Positions 9,262 through 18,285 of a DNA stretch of 64,000 bases are shown here, in pieces. Positions within the stretch are counted from its first letter, which is position 1. Each line of letters starts with the position of its first letter. This DNA comes from Candidatus Brocadiia bacterium (GTDB lineage Bacteria; Planctomycetota; MHYJ01; JACQXL01). The stretch spans positions 3,308-67,307 of the forward strand of contig JBBAAP010000011.1 of the NCBI GenBank assembly GCA_041658285.1. Direction: 5' to 3'. Under the pieces are notes generated by a model. The model was not told the DNA's origin, made no database searches, and worked only from the letters and a program-made list of their open reading frames with translations. The position numbers and the translations under genes are program-made.

Positions 9262-10443
9262 ATGTCTGTATTATTCGAGCCTGTCCGTATAAGCAATATC
9301 GAGGTCAAGAACCGGATAGTCCGTTCGGCCACGGCCGAGCGGATGGTGGATAAGGACGGCATCGCCACCGAACAGCTCGTAAAGCTCTACAAGATGTTGG
9401 CCGGCGGTGAAATCGGAACCATTATCACCGGTCATACTTCGGTTGATATCCGCGGCCGGGCCGGCTGGCAGATGACCTCGTTGGAAAGCGATGCGGCCAT
9501 CGGCCCGTTGAAACTTTTGACCGGTGCGGTGCATAAATACGAGTCCAGGATACTGGCCCAGATAAGTCACTGCGGCCGGTACGCGCCCGGAGCCATTATC
9601 GAACAGCGGCCTCTGGCCGTCTGTCTCGACCCCAACGAAGAACAGCGCGGGCAATACCCGCCTCAGGAAGCCGGTCCGGCTGATATCACGTATTTGATAA
9701 ATGCATTTGCCAACGCTGCGGTCCGGGCCCAGGAGGCCGGCTTCGACGGTATTCAGCTGCACTCAGCGCACGGATACCTGTGTTCCCAGTTTCTGTCGCC
9801 GCTGTTCAACCGGCGCACAGATGAATGGGGCGGTTCGGTTGAAAACAGGGCCAGGTTTTTGGTGGAGGTGGTAAAACTTATCAGGCATCGCACCGGGTCT
9901 GGTTTCGCCATCTGGGCCAAAATGAATTGTGAAGATTTCGTACTTCGGCAGTTGGAGCAAAGCGACTTACTGCCGAGTATGGTCGGCTGTAACTCATTAC
10001 ATTCTAACAGCCGATCCATCGAGGGCGGTATGACCGTGGAGGAAAGCATTGCCACGGCCAAGTTACTGAAAGCGGCCGGACTGGATGCTCTGGAGATAAG
10101 TGGGGGAGTCACATTTGATACGGTTATTCGCAAAGGAGTTCCGGACAAGGCGCCCGAGGCGTATTTCCTGGCCCAGGCCGAGCGGTTCCGGAAAGAGTTG
10201 CCTGGCTTCCCGCTGGCCCTGGTGGGCGGAATGCGTTCCTGCGCGGTGATGGAAAAAGTCGTTTCCGGCAAGGGCATCAACCTGGTCTCGATGAGCCGTC
10301 CGTTCATCATCAACCCGCAGTTCGCGCTGGAACTTAAGAAGGCGAAATCAACATCGACCTGCATTTCCTGCAACCTGTGCCTGGGCAAGAAGGGCGAGCC
10401 GGTCAAATGCCGGGCCTTGCCGAAAATACTTCCAATCGCTTAA
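9262..10443 (+). CDS. NADH:flavin oxidoreductase, Old Yellow Enzyme family, carrying a 27-aa in-frame insertion
   Basis: TIM-barrel OYE hallmarks (HSAHGYLCSQFLSP, RRTDEWGGSVENRARF). The expected ...EDF-VEGGMTVEES... junction is interrupted by LRQLEQSDLLPSMVGCNSLHSNSRSI. C-terminal CxxCxxC cluster. Confidence 0.8.
   Translation: MSVLFEPVRISNIEVKNRIVRSATAERMVDKDGIATEQLVKLYKMLAGGEIGTIITGHTSVDIRGRAGWQMTSLESDAAIGPLKLLTGAVHKYESRILAQISHCGRYAPGAIIEQRPLAVCLDPNEEQRGQYPPQEAGPADITYLINAFANAAVRAQEAGFDGIQLHSAHGYLCSQFLSPLFNRRTDEWGGSVENRARFLVEVVKLIRHRTGSGFAIWAKMNCEDFVLRQLEQSDLLPSMVGCNSLHSNSRSIEGGMTVEESIATAKLLKAAGLDALEISGGVTFDTVIRKGVPDKAPEAYFLAQAERFRKELPGFPLALVGGMRSCAVMEKVVSGKGINLVSMSRPFIINPQFALELKKAKSTSTCISCNLCLGKKGEPVKCRALPKILPIA
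9939..10019. mobile_element. 81-bp two-hairpin palindromic element (MITE/RPE-like) inserted in-frame within the OYE gene
   Basis: gtacttcggcagttggagcaaagcgacttactgccgagtatggtcggctgtaactcattacattctaacagccgatccatc. Hairpin 1 is TACTTCGGCAGT/ACTGCCGAGTA; hairpin 2 is TCGGCTGT-aactcattacattctaac-ACAGCCGA. About 45 bp are near-identical to 12120-12165 and 26 bp to 18342-18368. Length is a multiple of 3 with no in-frame stop. Confidence 0.7.
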
Positions 10444-10537
10444 GGTAAATAATATTCCTATTATTTCTTGACAATTATTTATATTAATATATAGCTATGC
10501 GTATATGCGAATATGATATTATATGAAGGAGTGATAA

Positions 10538-10891
10538 ATGGATAATATTACTGCTTTCGGCAAACTGATTTCGGACCAGACCCGCCTTAAAATTATCAAG
10601 CTTCTGTCGATCCGGCCGTTGTGCGTATGCGAGATGATGGATATTCTCCGCTTGAACCAGCCCTGTATCTCTCAGCACCTGGCTATCCTGAAATACCACA
10701 ACCTGCTCAAGTCGAGGCGCGATGGCAAGTGGATTGTTTACGCGGTGGATAAAAAGGTGCTTGGCCGATACCTGAATAAAATCAGCCATTTCCTGGAAGG
10801 TTCTATGAGCCACGTGGCAGAGTTACAGAAAGAGCATAAACGCCTGAAGGAACTTAAGAGTCGTGTGGTGCTATGCAAGAAGTGCAGGTAA
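10538..10891 (+). CDS. arsR: ArsR/SmtB-family metalloregulator
   Basis: 117 aa. HTH region LKIIKLLSIRPLCVCEMMDILRLNQPCISQHLAILK with the metal/arsenite-binding CVC motif. Confidence 0.85.
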   Translation: MDNITAFGKLISDQTRLKIIKLLSIRPLCVCEMMDILRLNQPCISQHLAILKYHNLLKSRRDGKWIVYAVDKKVLGRYLNKISHFLEGSMSHVAELQKEHKRLKELKSRVVLCKKCR

Positions 10892-10894
10892 ATT

Positions 10895-12061
10895 ATGAGT
10901 GAGCGCACTAAACTATTGCTGATACTGGCGATATTCCTGCTGTTTTATTTCGTGCCCTTTGGGCAGGTCCGGATGCAGAACGCGCTGATGGAGGCGTTTT
11001 ATATGCTCCAGGACTACGCCCGCCTGCACGTGATTCTGTGCCTGGTGCCGGCCTTCTTCATCGCCGGCGCGATTAGTAATTTTGTCAGCCAAGCCGCGGT
11101 GATGAAATACTTCGGGGCCAGGGCCAACAAGTTTCTGGCTTATTCGGTGGCTTCCGTTTCCGGCACAATCCTGGCCGTTTGCTCTTGCACAGTTTTGCCA
11201 ATCTTTGCAAGTATTTACCAGCGCGGGGCCGGTATCGGTCCGGCTACGGCTTTCCTTTATTCCGGTCCGGCCATAAATGTTTTGGCGATTATCCTGACCG
11301 CGCGGGTCTTAGGCCTGGAATTGGGAGTTACCCGGGCGGTTGGTGCAATTGCTTTCTCGGTCATTATCGGGTTATTGATGCATTTCATATTCCGCAAGGA
11401 AGAACTGAACAAGCAAAACAGTCAGGATATAGTGATTCCTGAAGAAGCCAAAGGAAGCCGTTCATTATTAAAGAATACCATCTACTTTGCCGTGATGTGC
11501 GGGATTTTGGTATTTGCCAATTGGGGGAAGGATGAGTCCATTCTATTATGGCAGAGTATTTATAATGTAAAGTGGTTCATCTCGGGCGGGTTAATAGTTA
11601 TCCTGGCATTTATCCTGACAAAATGGTTCCGCAGGAGTGAGCTGGGTTTCTGGGTGGATTCCAGCTGGGGATTTGCCAAGCAGATATTTCCTCTGCTTTT
11701 TGCCGGGGTATTTGTTTCGGGATTGCTGTTGGGTCGGCCCGGGCATCAGGCTCTTATCCCGAGCGAGTGGATTCAGTATTTGGTCGGTGGCAATAGCCTC
11801 TGGTCTAATTTCTTTGCTTCATTTGCCGGTGCGTTGATGTATTTTGCCACCCTGACCGAGATACCGATTCTGCAAGGATTAATCGGTTCCGGTATGGGCA
11901 AAGGTCCGGCTTTGGCGCTGTTGTTGGCCGGTCCGGCCCTGTCTTTGCCCAGTATGCTGGTCTTAAGGAGCATTATGGGCACCAAGAAGACGCTGGTTTA
12001 TGTCGGGCTGGTGGTGATAATGGCCACAATCACCGGAATGATTTACGGGGCGTGGATTTAG
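10895..12061 (+). CDS. COG0701-type permease (ArsP-like putative organoarsenical efflux permease)
   Basis: 388 aa, multi-TM. AVCSCTVLP resembles the ArsP TPFcSCS motif. Two-fold internal repeat (YSGPAINVLAI / LAGPALSLPSMLV). Immediately downstream of arsR. Confidence 0.65.
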   Translation: MSERTKLLLILAIFLLFYFVPFGQVRMQNALMEAFYMLQDYARLHVILCLVPAFFIAGAISNFVSQAAVMKYFGARANKFLAYSVASVSGTILAVCSCTVLPIFASIYQRGAGIGPATAFLYSGPAINVLAIILTARVLGLELGVTRAVGAIAFSVIIGLLMHFIFRKEELNKQNSQDIVIPEEAKGSRSLLKNTIYFAVMCGILVFANWGKDESILLWQSIYNVKWFISGGLIVILAFILTKWFRRSELGFWVDSSWGFAKQIFPLLFAGVFVSGLLLGRPGHQALIPSEWIQYLVGGNSLWSNFFASFAGALMYFATLTEIPILQGLIGSGMGKGPALALLLAGPALSLPSMLVLRSIMGTKKTLVYVGLVVIMATITGMIYGAWI

Positions 12062-12064
12062 TGA

Positions 12065-12168
12065 CGGTTCGAGTATAACGAGTTATACTCCAGCAGTTTG
12101 AACGTTAGTGAATTACTGCTGAGTATCCTCGGCTGATAACTCATTACATTCTAACAGCCGATGGACCG
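12065..12168. repeat. intergenic copy of the two-hairpin palindromic element family
   Basis: gagtataacgagttatactc palindrome, then tactccagcagt...actgctgagta, then tcggctgataactcattacattctaacagccgat. Near-identical to the in-frame copy at 9939-10019. Confidence 0.7.
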
Positions 12169-12310
12169 GCACCTTATCCAGTGTAAATCACAGTGGTAAT
12201 GATAGTTGTACTGGAGGCTAGGCTCTCCCGACTATTGAGCCGCAGCGAAATCCAGCACTTATGCAGGATTCCGTCGGGGTTAAGGTTACAGATAAACAAA
12301 AGGATTTAAA

Positions 12311-12868
12311 ATGCCTTACTTGAACGAGATAAAACTGGTTCAGACGATGCCCTGCATCGCAATGCCGGAGCGGATAAGGTTTGTGTCCGAGCTGGACCGC
12401 GATATTTCGGAGATGATGCCTTACATAAATGCAGTGGTGGAGGAGTCCATTTATAACCACGACGGTCCGTGCATTACTATGAAGCGTGATGGCCGGCTGA
12501 TAGGGGTCCAGCCGCGGCAGCTGGCGGCTGGCAAGGTAGTTGACCTAAAAGAAGCCACCGAGTTGATGGCTTGGTTTAAGGATGTGGTCAATGATTGCTA
12601 CAACCGGCGCGATTCAATTAAGCCGAACTATGAACGGCGCAACAAGCTTACACCGCTGGATGTCTATAAGCTTTTGCCTGGAACTAATTGCCAAAAGTGC
12701 GGACAGCCGTCCTGCCTGGCGTTCGGGGTGAAGGCGGCGGCTGAAGAAATCGGCATAATGAACTGTCCGGAACTATTTTCCGGCAGGTATGACGACAAGC
12801 GGAATTTGCTGGTCAAGCTGCTCAAATCGTGCGGTTACAGCGTTCCTGCGCCGTTTAGTGAAAAATAA
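12311..12868 (+). CDS. Cys-rich protein of unknown function, possibly Fe-S or zinc binding
   Basis: 185 aa with CQKCGQPSC...NCPELF and further Cys residues. Sits between the permease and the thioredoxin genes. Function not recognised. Confidence 0.4.
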   Translation: MPYLNEIKLVQTMPCIAMPERIRFVSELDRDISEMMPYINAVVEESIYNHDGPCITMKRDGRLIGVQPRQLAAGKVVDLKEATELMAWFKDVVNDCYNRRDSIKPNYERRNKLTPLDVYKLLPGTNCQKCGQPSCLAFGVKAAAEEIGIMNCPELFSGRYDDKRNLLVKLLKSCGYSVPAPFSEK

Positions 12869-12879
12869 AGGAGGTAGCT

Positions 12880-13128
12880 ATGAAGATAGAGATTTTGGGT
12901 ACCGGTTGCCCCAAGTGCAAGAAACTGACCGAGTTAACCAATGAAGTAGTTAAGGAATTGGGCGTTGAGGCAGAGGTGGTCAAGGTGGAAAAGATAACTG
13001 ACATAATGAAATACGGAGTGATGATGACCCCGGCGCTGGTTATAGACGGCCAGGTTAAGTCATCCGGCAAACTTCCCAGCAAAGCCGAGATTACCTCAAT
13101 TGTTACCACAGAACTATCAAAGCATTAA
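12880..13128 (+). CDS. small thioredoxin-fold protein (redox-active disulfide protein 2 type, CPKC active site)
   Basis: 82 aa. MKIEILGTGCPKCKKL... glutaredoxin/thioredoxin-like. RBS AAGGAGG upstream. Confidence 0.8.
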   Translation: MKIEILGTGCPKCKKLTELTNEVVKELGVEAEVVKVEKITDIMKYGVMMTPALVIDGQVKSSGKLPSKAEITSIVTTELSKH

Positions 13129-13149
13129 GATATAAAGAAAAGAGGTTGT

Positions 13150-13602
13150 ATGAGCTATGATAATAGGCGAAAACATTCTGCTGTAATCATTGTGTTTGTG
13201 TTGATTATTGCGGCTATCGCCGGCATAAAGTGCGATACTGAAGCCAAGCCGCCGGTTTCGGATAAGCCGGTTGTGATTGAGGTAAAAACGGCCGTTAATA
13301 ATCCTTTGGAGTCGGCGCTTAAGACCGGCCGTCCGGTGGTGGCTGATTTCGGCCGGGGCACCTGTATTCCCTGCAAGATGATGAAGCCGATACTGGATGA
13401 ACTGGCCGCGACGTATAAAGGCCGGGCGGAAATATTTATTTTTAGCATTGATGATTATCGGGACTTGACCGAGCAATACCGTATCCAGTTGATACCGACC
13501 CAGATATTCTTTGACAAGTCTGGTAAAGAGGTTTGGCGACACGAAGGGTTTTTGGATAAGGATAAAATTATTAGCAAGTTAGTTGAATTAGGTGTGAAAT
13601 AA
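13150..13602 (+). CDS. membrane-anchored thioredoxin (TlpA-like, CIPC active site)
   Basis: 150 aa. N-terminal TM anchor. GRGTCIPCKMMKP thioredoxin motif. Confidence 0.75.
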   Translation: MSYDNRRKHSAVIIVFVLIIAAIAGIKCDTEAKPPVSDKPVVIEVKTAVNNPLESALKTGRPVVADFGRGTCIPCKMMKPILDELAATYKGRAEIFIFSIDDYRDLTEQYRIQLIPTQIFFDKSGKEVWRHEGFLDKDKIISKLVELGVK

Positions 13603-14297
13603 TGATGCAGGAAGTATTTGCTAAATTAACGCAATGTTTTGATGCGGCGCCGTATATGGCTATCGTGGCGGCTTTTATCTGGGGTATCTTGAGCATTCTC
13701 TTGAGCCCGTGCCATTTAGCCAGCATCCCGCTTATCGTCGGGTTTATCAGCGGCCAGCGTGATAGCTCCGGGCGCAAGGCCTTTGGCTTGTCGCTTCTTT
13801 TCGCTACAGGTATCCTGATTACGGTTGGGATAATCGGACTGATTACAGCCGGTCTGGGCCGGATAGCCGGTGATGTCGAGCCGTATGGCAATTACCTGGT
13901 GGCCGTGATATTTTTCCTGGTTGGGTTGCATCTTGTCGGCGTCATACCGATGCCCTGGTCCGGTTTTTCCGGTCAGGGTAAGTGCAAGGGCTGGATGGCG
14001 GCGTTTTTATTGGGGTTAATCTTCGGCATTGCCCTGGGCCCCTGCACCTTTGCTTATATGGCGCCGGTCCTGGCTATGACATTTAAGATAGCGCCGACTA
14101 ATTTCGTATATGCGGCCGGATTGCTTTTGGCCTATGGGTTAGGCCACTGTTCTGTTATCGTGGCTGCCGGGACCAGTTCCGGGATGGTGCAATCGTATTT
14201 AAATTGGAGCGAGTCATCCAAGGCGACGATGATTATTAAAAAGATATGCGGGATACTCGTTATCCTGGGCGGGCTTTATTTGATATGGATTGCTTGA
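13602..14297 (+). CDS. ccdA: cytochrome c biogenesis / thiol-disulfide transporter CcdA (DsbD transmembrane domain family)
   Basis: 231 aa. [11 protein letters not shown] and ALGPCTFAY conserved Cys-containing TM motifs. Confidence 0.8.
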   Translation: MMQEVFAKLTQCFDAAPYMAIVAAFIWGILSILLSPCHLASIPLIVGFISGQRDSSGRKAFGLSLLFATGILITVGIIGLITAGLGRIAGDVEPYGNYLVAVIFFLVGLHLVGVIPMPWSGFSGQGKCKGWMAAFLLGLIFGIALGPCTFAYMAPVLAMTFKIAPTNFVYAAGLLLAYGLGHCSVIVAAGTSSGMVQSYLNWSESSKATMIIKKICGILVILGGLYLIWIA

Positions 14298-14319
14298 TTG
14301 TACGGGAAGGAGTAACATT

Positions 14320-15360
14320 ATGAGTAATGGCACGACTAAAAGGTTATCATTTTTAGACCGTTTCCTGACGCTCTGGATATTCCTGGCTATGGGCATCGGC
14401 GTGGCTATGGGGTATTTTATCCCTTCTATTGTCCAGTTCTGGGACCAGTTCAATTCAGGCACGACCAATATCCCCATTGCCATCGGGTTAATCCTGATGA
14501 TGTATCCGCCGCTGGCCAAGGTCAAATACGAGGAACTGGGCGATGTATTCAAAAATGTCAAGGTGCTTCTGCTGTCGTTGGTCCAGAACTGGATAATCGG
14601 TCCTATCCTGATGTTCGCGCTGGCTGTCATATTCCTGCCGGACAAGCCGGAGTATATGGTTGGCCTGATAATGATAGGCCTGGCTCGGTGCATCGCCATG
14701 GTCATAGTTTGGAACGAACTGGCCAAAGGCGACAGCGAATACGCCGCGGCGCTGGTGGCTTTCAATTCCATATTTCAGGTGCTGTTCTTCTCGGTCTACG
14801 CCTGGGTTTTTATCACCATACTGCCGGGCTGGTTCGGACTAAAAGGCATCGAGGTGAATATCACCATTGGGCAGATTGCCAAGAGCGTTTTTATATATCT
14901 GGGCATACCGTTCCTGGCCGGGATGATTACCAGATTCACTTTGATAAAACTTGTTAATAAAGATTGGTATCAGACAAAATTCATCCCGCGCATCAGTCCG
15001 ATTACCCTGATAGCCTTGCTGTTTACGATTATCGTGATGTTCTCCCTGAAAGGGGAGTATATCGTCAAGATACCGCTGGACGTGGTCCGGATTGCCATCC
15101 CTCTGCTTATATACTTTGTAGTTATGTTCCTGGTATCGTTCTATATGGGCCGGAAGGTAGGGGCCGATTATTCCAAGACCGTGACGCTGTCATTCACGGC
15201 GGCCAGTAACAACTTTGAGCTGGCCATAGCCGTAGCCGTGGCTGTGTTCGGGATAAACTCCGGAGCTGCCTTCGCCGCCGTTATAGGCCCGCTGGTCGAG
15301 GTGCCGGTGATGATAGGGCTGGTCAACGTGGCGTTCTGGTTTCAGAGAAAATATTATTAG
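14320..15360 (+). CDS. acr3: arsenite efflux transporter ACR3
   Basis: Start re-called at ATG 14320, after a GGAAGGAG RBS (the ORF track starts at 14290). [24 protein letters not shown] and the overall 10-TM pattern match ACR3 (BART superfamily). Confidence 0.8.
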   Translation: MSNGTTKRLSFLDRFLTLWIFLAMGIGVAMGYFIPSIVQFWDQFNSGTTNIPIAIGLILMMYPPLAKVKYEELGDVFKNVKVLLLSLVQNWIIGPILMFALAVIFLPDKPEYMVGLIMIGLARCIAMVIVWNELAKGDSEYAAALVAFNSIFQVLFFSVYAWVFITILPGWFGLKGIEVNITIGQIAKSVFIYLGIPFLAGMITRFTLIKLVNKDWYQTKFIPRISPITLIALLFTIIVMFSLKGEYIVKIPLDVVRIAIPLLIYFVVMFLVSFYMGRKVGADYSKTVTLSFTAASNNFELAIAVAVAVFGINSGAAFAAVIGPLVEVPVMIGLVNVAFWFQRKYY

Positions 15361-15496
15361 CCACAGAGACGCAGAGAATTCTGAAATACTGTTATAGTGT
15401 CATTGGTAAATGATTTGACTTACTTGGTGCGATTCGATATATTCTGAACTAAGGAATTAGTTCCTGTGATATTGGATGTTATAAGAGGGTAACTTT

Positions 15497-16117
15497 ATGT
15501 CAAAACGAATATTTATATATCCGGTTTTATTATTATGTATCATTTCAATTTGTTGTAGTTCATCTGGGGCAAAACCGGCAACAAATATAGGGGCATTAGC
15601 ACAAGAACCGTTATCGTTAGAGTGTTTTGATGAGGCCATTGAAGGCTCCCCTTTAAAAAATGGGATGGTAAGGGTGAAATGTACTTGGTATGATTTGTTC
15701 TATCAAACCGAAATACAACCGGCGAGTATTAAGGTGAAAAATACGGGTAGATTATATTTTATTTCAAGTGGTGGAGCTCCTGCCGTTGCTTTGCATGAAG
15801 ATTCAAGTAGAAATTTTGCCCTTATATATGATGTTAAATCAATAGCTGAAAATTTGATTACGTTAAATTTAAAAGGAACACTATCTTATGTTAAAGAGAA
15901 TTTTTTTGTAGAATCTTTATGGGAAGGCACTGTGAAAAATGGCGAGGAGCAAGCTTTCAGTAAAGTATTCACAGACCCTATCAGTAAAGAAAATCGGTTG
16001 CTGTTAATTATAATTAAAGCTAATAATAAAAATGACAGCACAGATCCAGTTGACGAATACCGCAAAATGCATCCCTTTCTGAAAGAGCCTGACAAATCCA
16101 AAGAGCAACCTAAATAG
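15497..16117 (+). CDS. hypothetical lipoprotein
   Basis: 206 aa. Signal peptide with lipobox region (LLLCIISICCSSSG). AT-rich. Confidence 0.45.
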   Translation: MSKRIFIYPVLLLCIISICCSSSGAKPATNIGALAQEPLSLECFDEAIEGSPLKNGMVRVKCTWYDLFYQTEIQPASIKVKNTGRLYFISSGGAPAVALHEDSSRNFALIYDVKSIAENLITLNLKGTLSYVKENFFVESLWEGTVKNGEEQAFSKVFTDPISKENRLLLIIIKANNKNDSTDPVDEYRKMHPFLKEPDKSKEQPK

Positions 16118-16222
16118 GGGGTAAGGGACATCATTATGTACTATAAATGAATTAATTGGCGCCAGAGGTGTTTCGCAGTGCAGCCTGCCTTGCCGTCAGG
16201 CAGGGGTAATCAACGATTCATA

Positions 16223-16430
16223 GCATGCTGGGGAAGATTTGCAGCATGCTGGGGAAGATTTGCAGCATGCAGGGGAAGATTTTCAGCACGCTGAGGAAGT
16301 TTTCAAGCATGCTGGGAAAGTTTTCAAGCACGCTGGGGAAGATTTACAGCATGATGGGGAATATTTACAGCATGCTCGGAATGGTTTATAGCACGCTCGG
16401 AATGGTTTATAGCACGCTCGGGAACGATTC
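16223..16430. repeat. direct tandem array, about 10 copies of a 21-bp unit (GCATGCTGGGGAAGATTTGCA and variants)
   Basis: Visible by eye. The 78-aa ORF in the track (MLGKICSMLGKICSM...) is simply the translation of this repeat. Confidence 0.85.
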
Positions 16431-16560
16431 ACTCCAGGGTGTGAACGACTTGTTCGAATAACTTAGCGGGTTTGCCGTATGACTGAGGCGGCCTGAAAAG
16501 TGATTACTACGGGCGTAAAACGGACAAAAACTGTCACTTTGAGGGGCTAAAACGAATTAA

Positions 16561-16650
16561 ACGCGGAATCAGGAGGGTAGGGATAGGGTATGGGGAGGGG
16601 GTAGATACCCTACTCAGACGTAGGGGGTACGGTTATCGTATACCCCCATT
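16561..16650. repeat. G-run/C-run palindromes (gggtatggggagggggtagataccctac; gggggtacggttatcgtataccccc)
   Basis: Same architectural element as at 1537-1577, 2421-2455 and 53812-53852. Directly precedes a tandem array. Confidence 0.65.
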
Positions 16651-16885
16651 TGGTAAATATAGGTATACGGCTTGGTAAATCAAGGCTCACGGCTTGGCAA
16701 ATAGAGGTATACGGCTTAGTAAATCCAGGCGCACGGCTTGGTAAATAGAGGTATACGGCTTAGTAAATCCAGGTGCACGGCTTGGTAAATAGAGCTATAC
16801 GGTTTAGTAAATCCAGGTGCACGGCTTGGCAAATAGAGCTATACGGTTTAGTAAATCCAGGCGCACGACTTGGCAAATACTGGAG
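16651..16885. repeat. direct tandem array, about 10 copies of a 22-bp unit (alternating GGCTTGGTAAATAGAGGTATAC / GGCTTAGTAAATCCAGGTGCAC)
   Basis: 44-bp super-period, visible by eye. Confidence 0.85.
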
Positions 16886-17021
16886 ATGTATCTAAAAAAC
16901 CAAAAGAGGCGTTATTTTCCTTGTGTTTTAATGAAGATTTGCTTAAGATATTCACGAACCGGCAATATTATTATTCCAAAATCTGCCGGGCGCTAAGAGC
17001 GGCAGAGTAAGGAGTTGTTCT

Positions 17022-18278
17022 ATGTCGCAGAATTGGTGGAAATATGCAGGATTATTCCTGCTTTTAGGGGCGGTGGTAATACTGAGCCAGGGCGGATGCG
17101 GCAGTAGCGGCGGTGATGATAATGAGGATGGTGATAGTGGACCTTTATTTCCTGGATATTCCGGTAATCTGACCACAACCGGCGGCGTGATATATGACGG
17201 CGGAAATATGGATTGGGGTTCTGACATTGCCGTGGACAGCACCATAACCGCCAGTCCGGTGGTTTACGTGTTGGGCGCGGCTTTTGCTTCGCCGACCGGC
17301 AACGGAGACGCGGTTATTTCTAAATTCAACAGCAGCGGCGATATCACCGCAGCTGCCAGGTTTAACGGTACGGGCGGCACGGCGCTTGCCGTAAACCAGA
17401 ACGGCGTTTATATGACCGGTCAGCGTCCAAGCCCGAGCGCTTATGTCACCGCTAAGTATGACCTGAACCTTAACCTGATAACCTCGACCGCTTTGGCCGG
17501 CGATGCCAGCGCCCGGGCTATGGCTCTGGATAATTCCGGCAATGTTTATGTCATCGGTTCGGACGGGACGATCAACGCTTATAATTATAAAATAGTCAAA
17601 TACGATGCCGATTTGGTCCAACAGGGTAGTCCGGTTATTTATGATAGCGGCTATAACGATGAGGGAAGCGGCATCGCGGTTGATAATTCCGGTAATATCT
17701 TTGTGACCGGTATGAAGATATCCGGCACCGGTTACAGCATCGTAACGTTGAAGTATAATTCTTCTCTGGTTCTTCAGAATACGGTCGAGTACAGCACCAA
17801 TGTTTATTATAGCACCAGTTATGGTTTATATCCAAGAATTGCGGTGGACAAGAACTCGGGCAGCGTCTATGTATCCGGGACTATATTAGGTACGGCCGGG
17901 CCGGGAGACCCGTTCAGGGACATTTTATTGATTAAGTATGACGCCAGCCTTAATCAGGTTGCCACCGCTATTTATGCGGATGGGCTTGAAGGCACGAATC
18001 TGGCGGTTGATGCCAGCGGTAATGTATATGTCAACGGCAACTATTATAACGGTGTTGTGCAGGATGCCTGGCTGGTGGTGAAGTATAATTCTTCCCTGGT
18101 TTACCAGTCTTATTTCACGGATAAATCAGCAACCAATTCGATGGACGAGCCGGGCGGGATAGCGCTGGACAGCGCCGGTAACGTGTATCTGAGCGGCATA
18201 ACTGCGCCGACTTATGTCTCGGGGGATTGGTCTAATTTTAATATCCGGGCTAAACGGTTTCCGCCGATGGGGCCGTAA
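17022..18278 (+). CDS. secreted beta-propeller repeat (SBBP-type) protein
   Basis: 418 aa with signal peptide. Repeated DNSGNVYVIG / DNSGNIFVTG / DASGNVYVNG / DSAGNVYLSG motifs. Confidence 0.7.
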   Translation: MSQNWWKYAGLFLLLGAVVILSQGGCGSSGGDDNEDGDSGPLFPGYSGNLTTTGGVIYDGGNMDWGSDIAVDSTITASPVVYVLGAAFASPTGNGDAVISKFNSSGDITAAARFNGTGGTALAVNQNGVYMTGQRPSPSAYVTAKYDLNLNLITSTALAGDASARAMALDNSGNVYVIGSDGTINAYNYKIVKYDADLVQQGSPVIYDSGYNDEGSGIAVDNSGNIFVTGMKISGTGYSIVTLKYNSSLVLQNTVEYSTNVYYSTSYGLYPRIAVDKNSGSVYVSGTILGTAGPGDPFRDILLIKYDASLNQVATAIYADGLEGTNLAVDASGNVYVNGNYYNGVVQDAWLVVKYNSSLVYQSYFTDKSATNSMDEPGGIALDSAGNVYLSGITAPTYVSGDWSNFNIRAKRFPPMGP

Positions 18279-18285
18279 TAATTAA

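Noticed and set aside
9939-10019. Possibility that the OYE insertion is a self-splicing intron or an intein
   Set aside because: 81 nt is far below the size of group I/II introns. There are no intein splice-junction residues or endonuclease motifs. The sequence is a copy of an intergenic hairpin element.
13117-13891. Minus-strand ORFs 13117-13542, 13155-13448 and 13571-13891 overlapping the thioredoxin and ccdA genes
   Set aside because: The plus-strand genes have clear thioredoxin (CIPC) and CcdA motifs and RBSs. The antisense ORFs have no recognisable features.
16225-16461. 78-aa ORF (MLGKICSMLGKICSM...) in the ORF track
   Set aside because: It is the in-phase translation of the 21-bp tandem DNA repeat. 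It has no RBS and the periodicity is exactly that of the repeat, so it is treated as a non-coding array.
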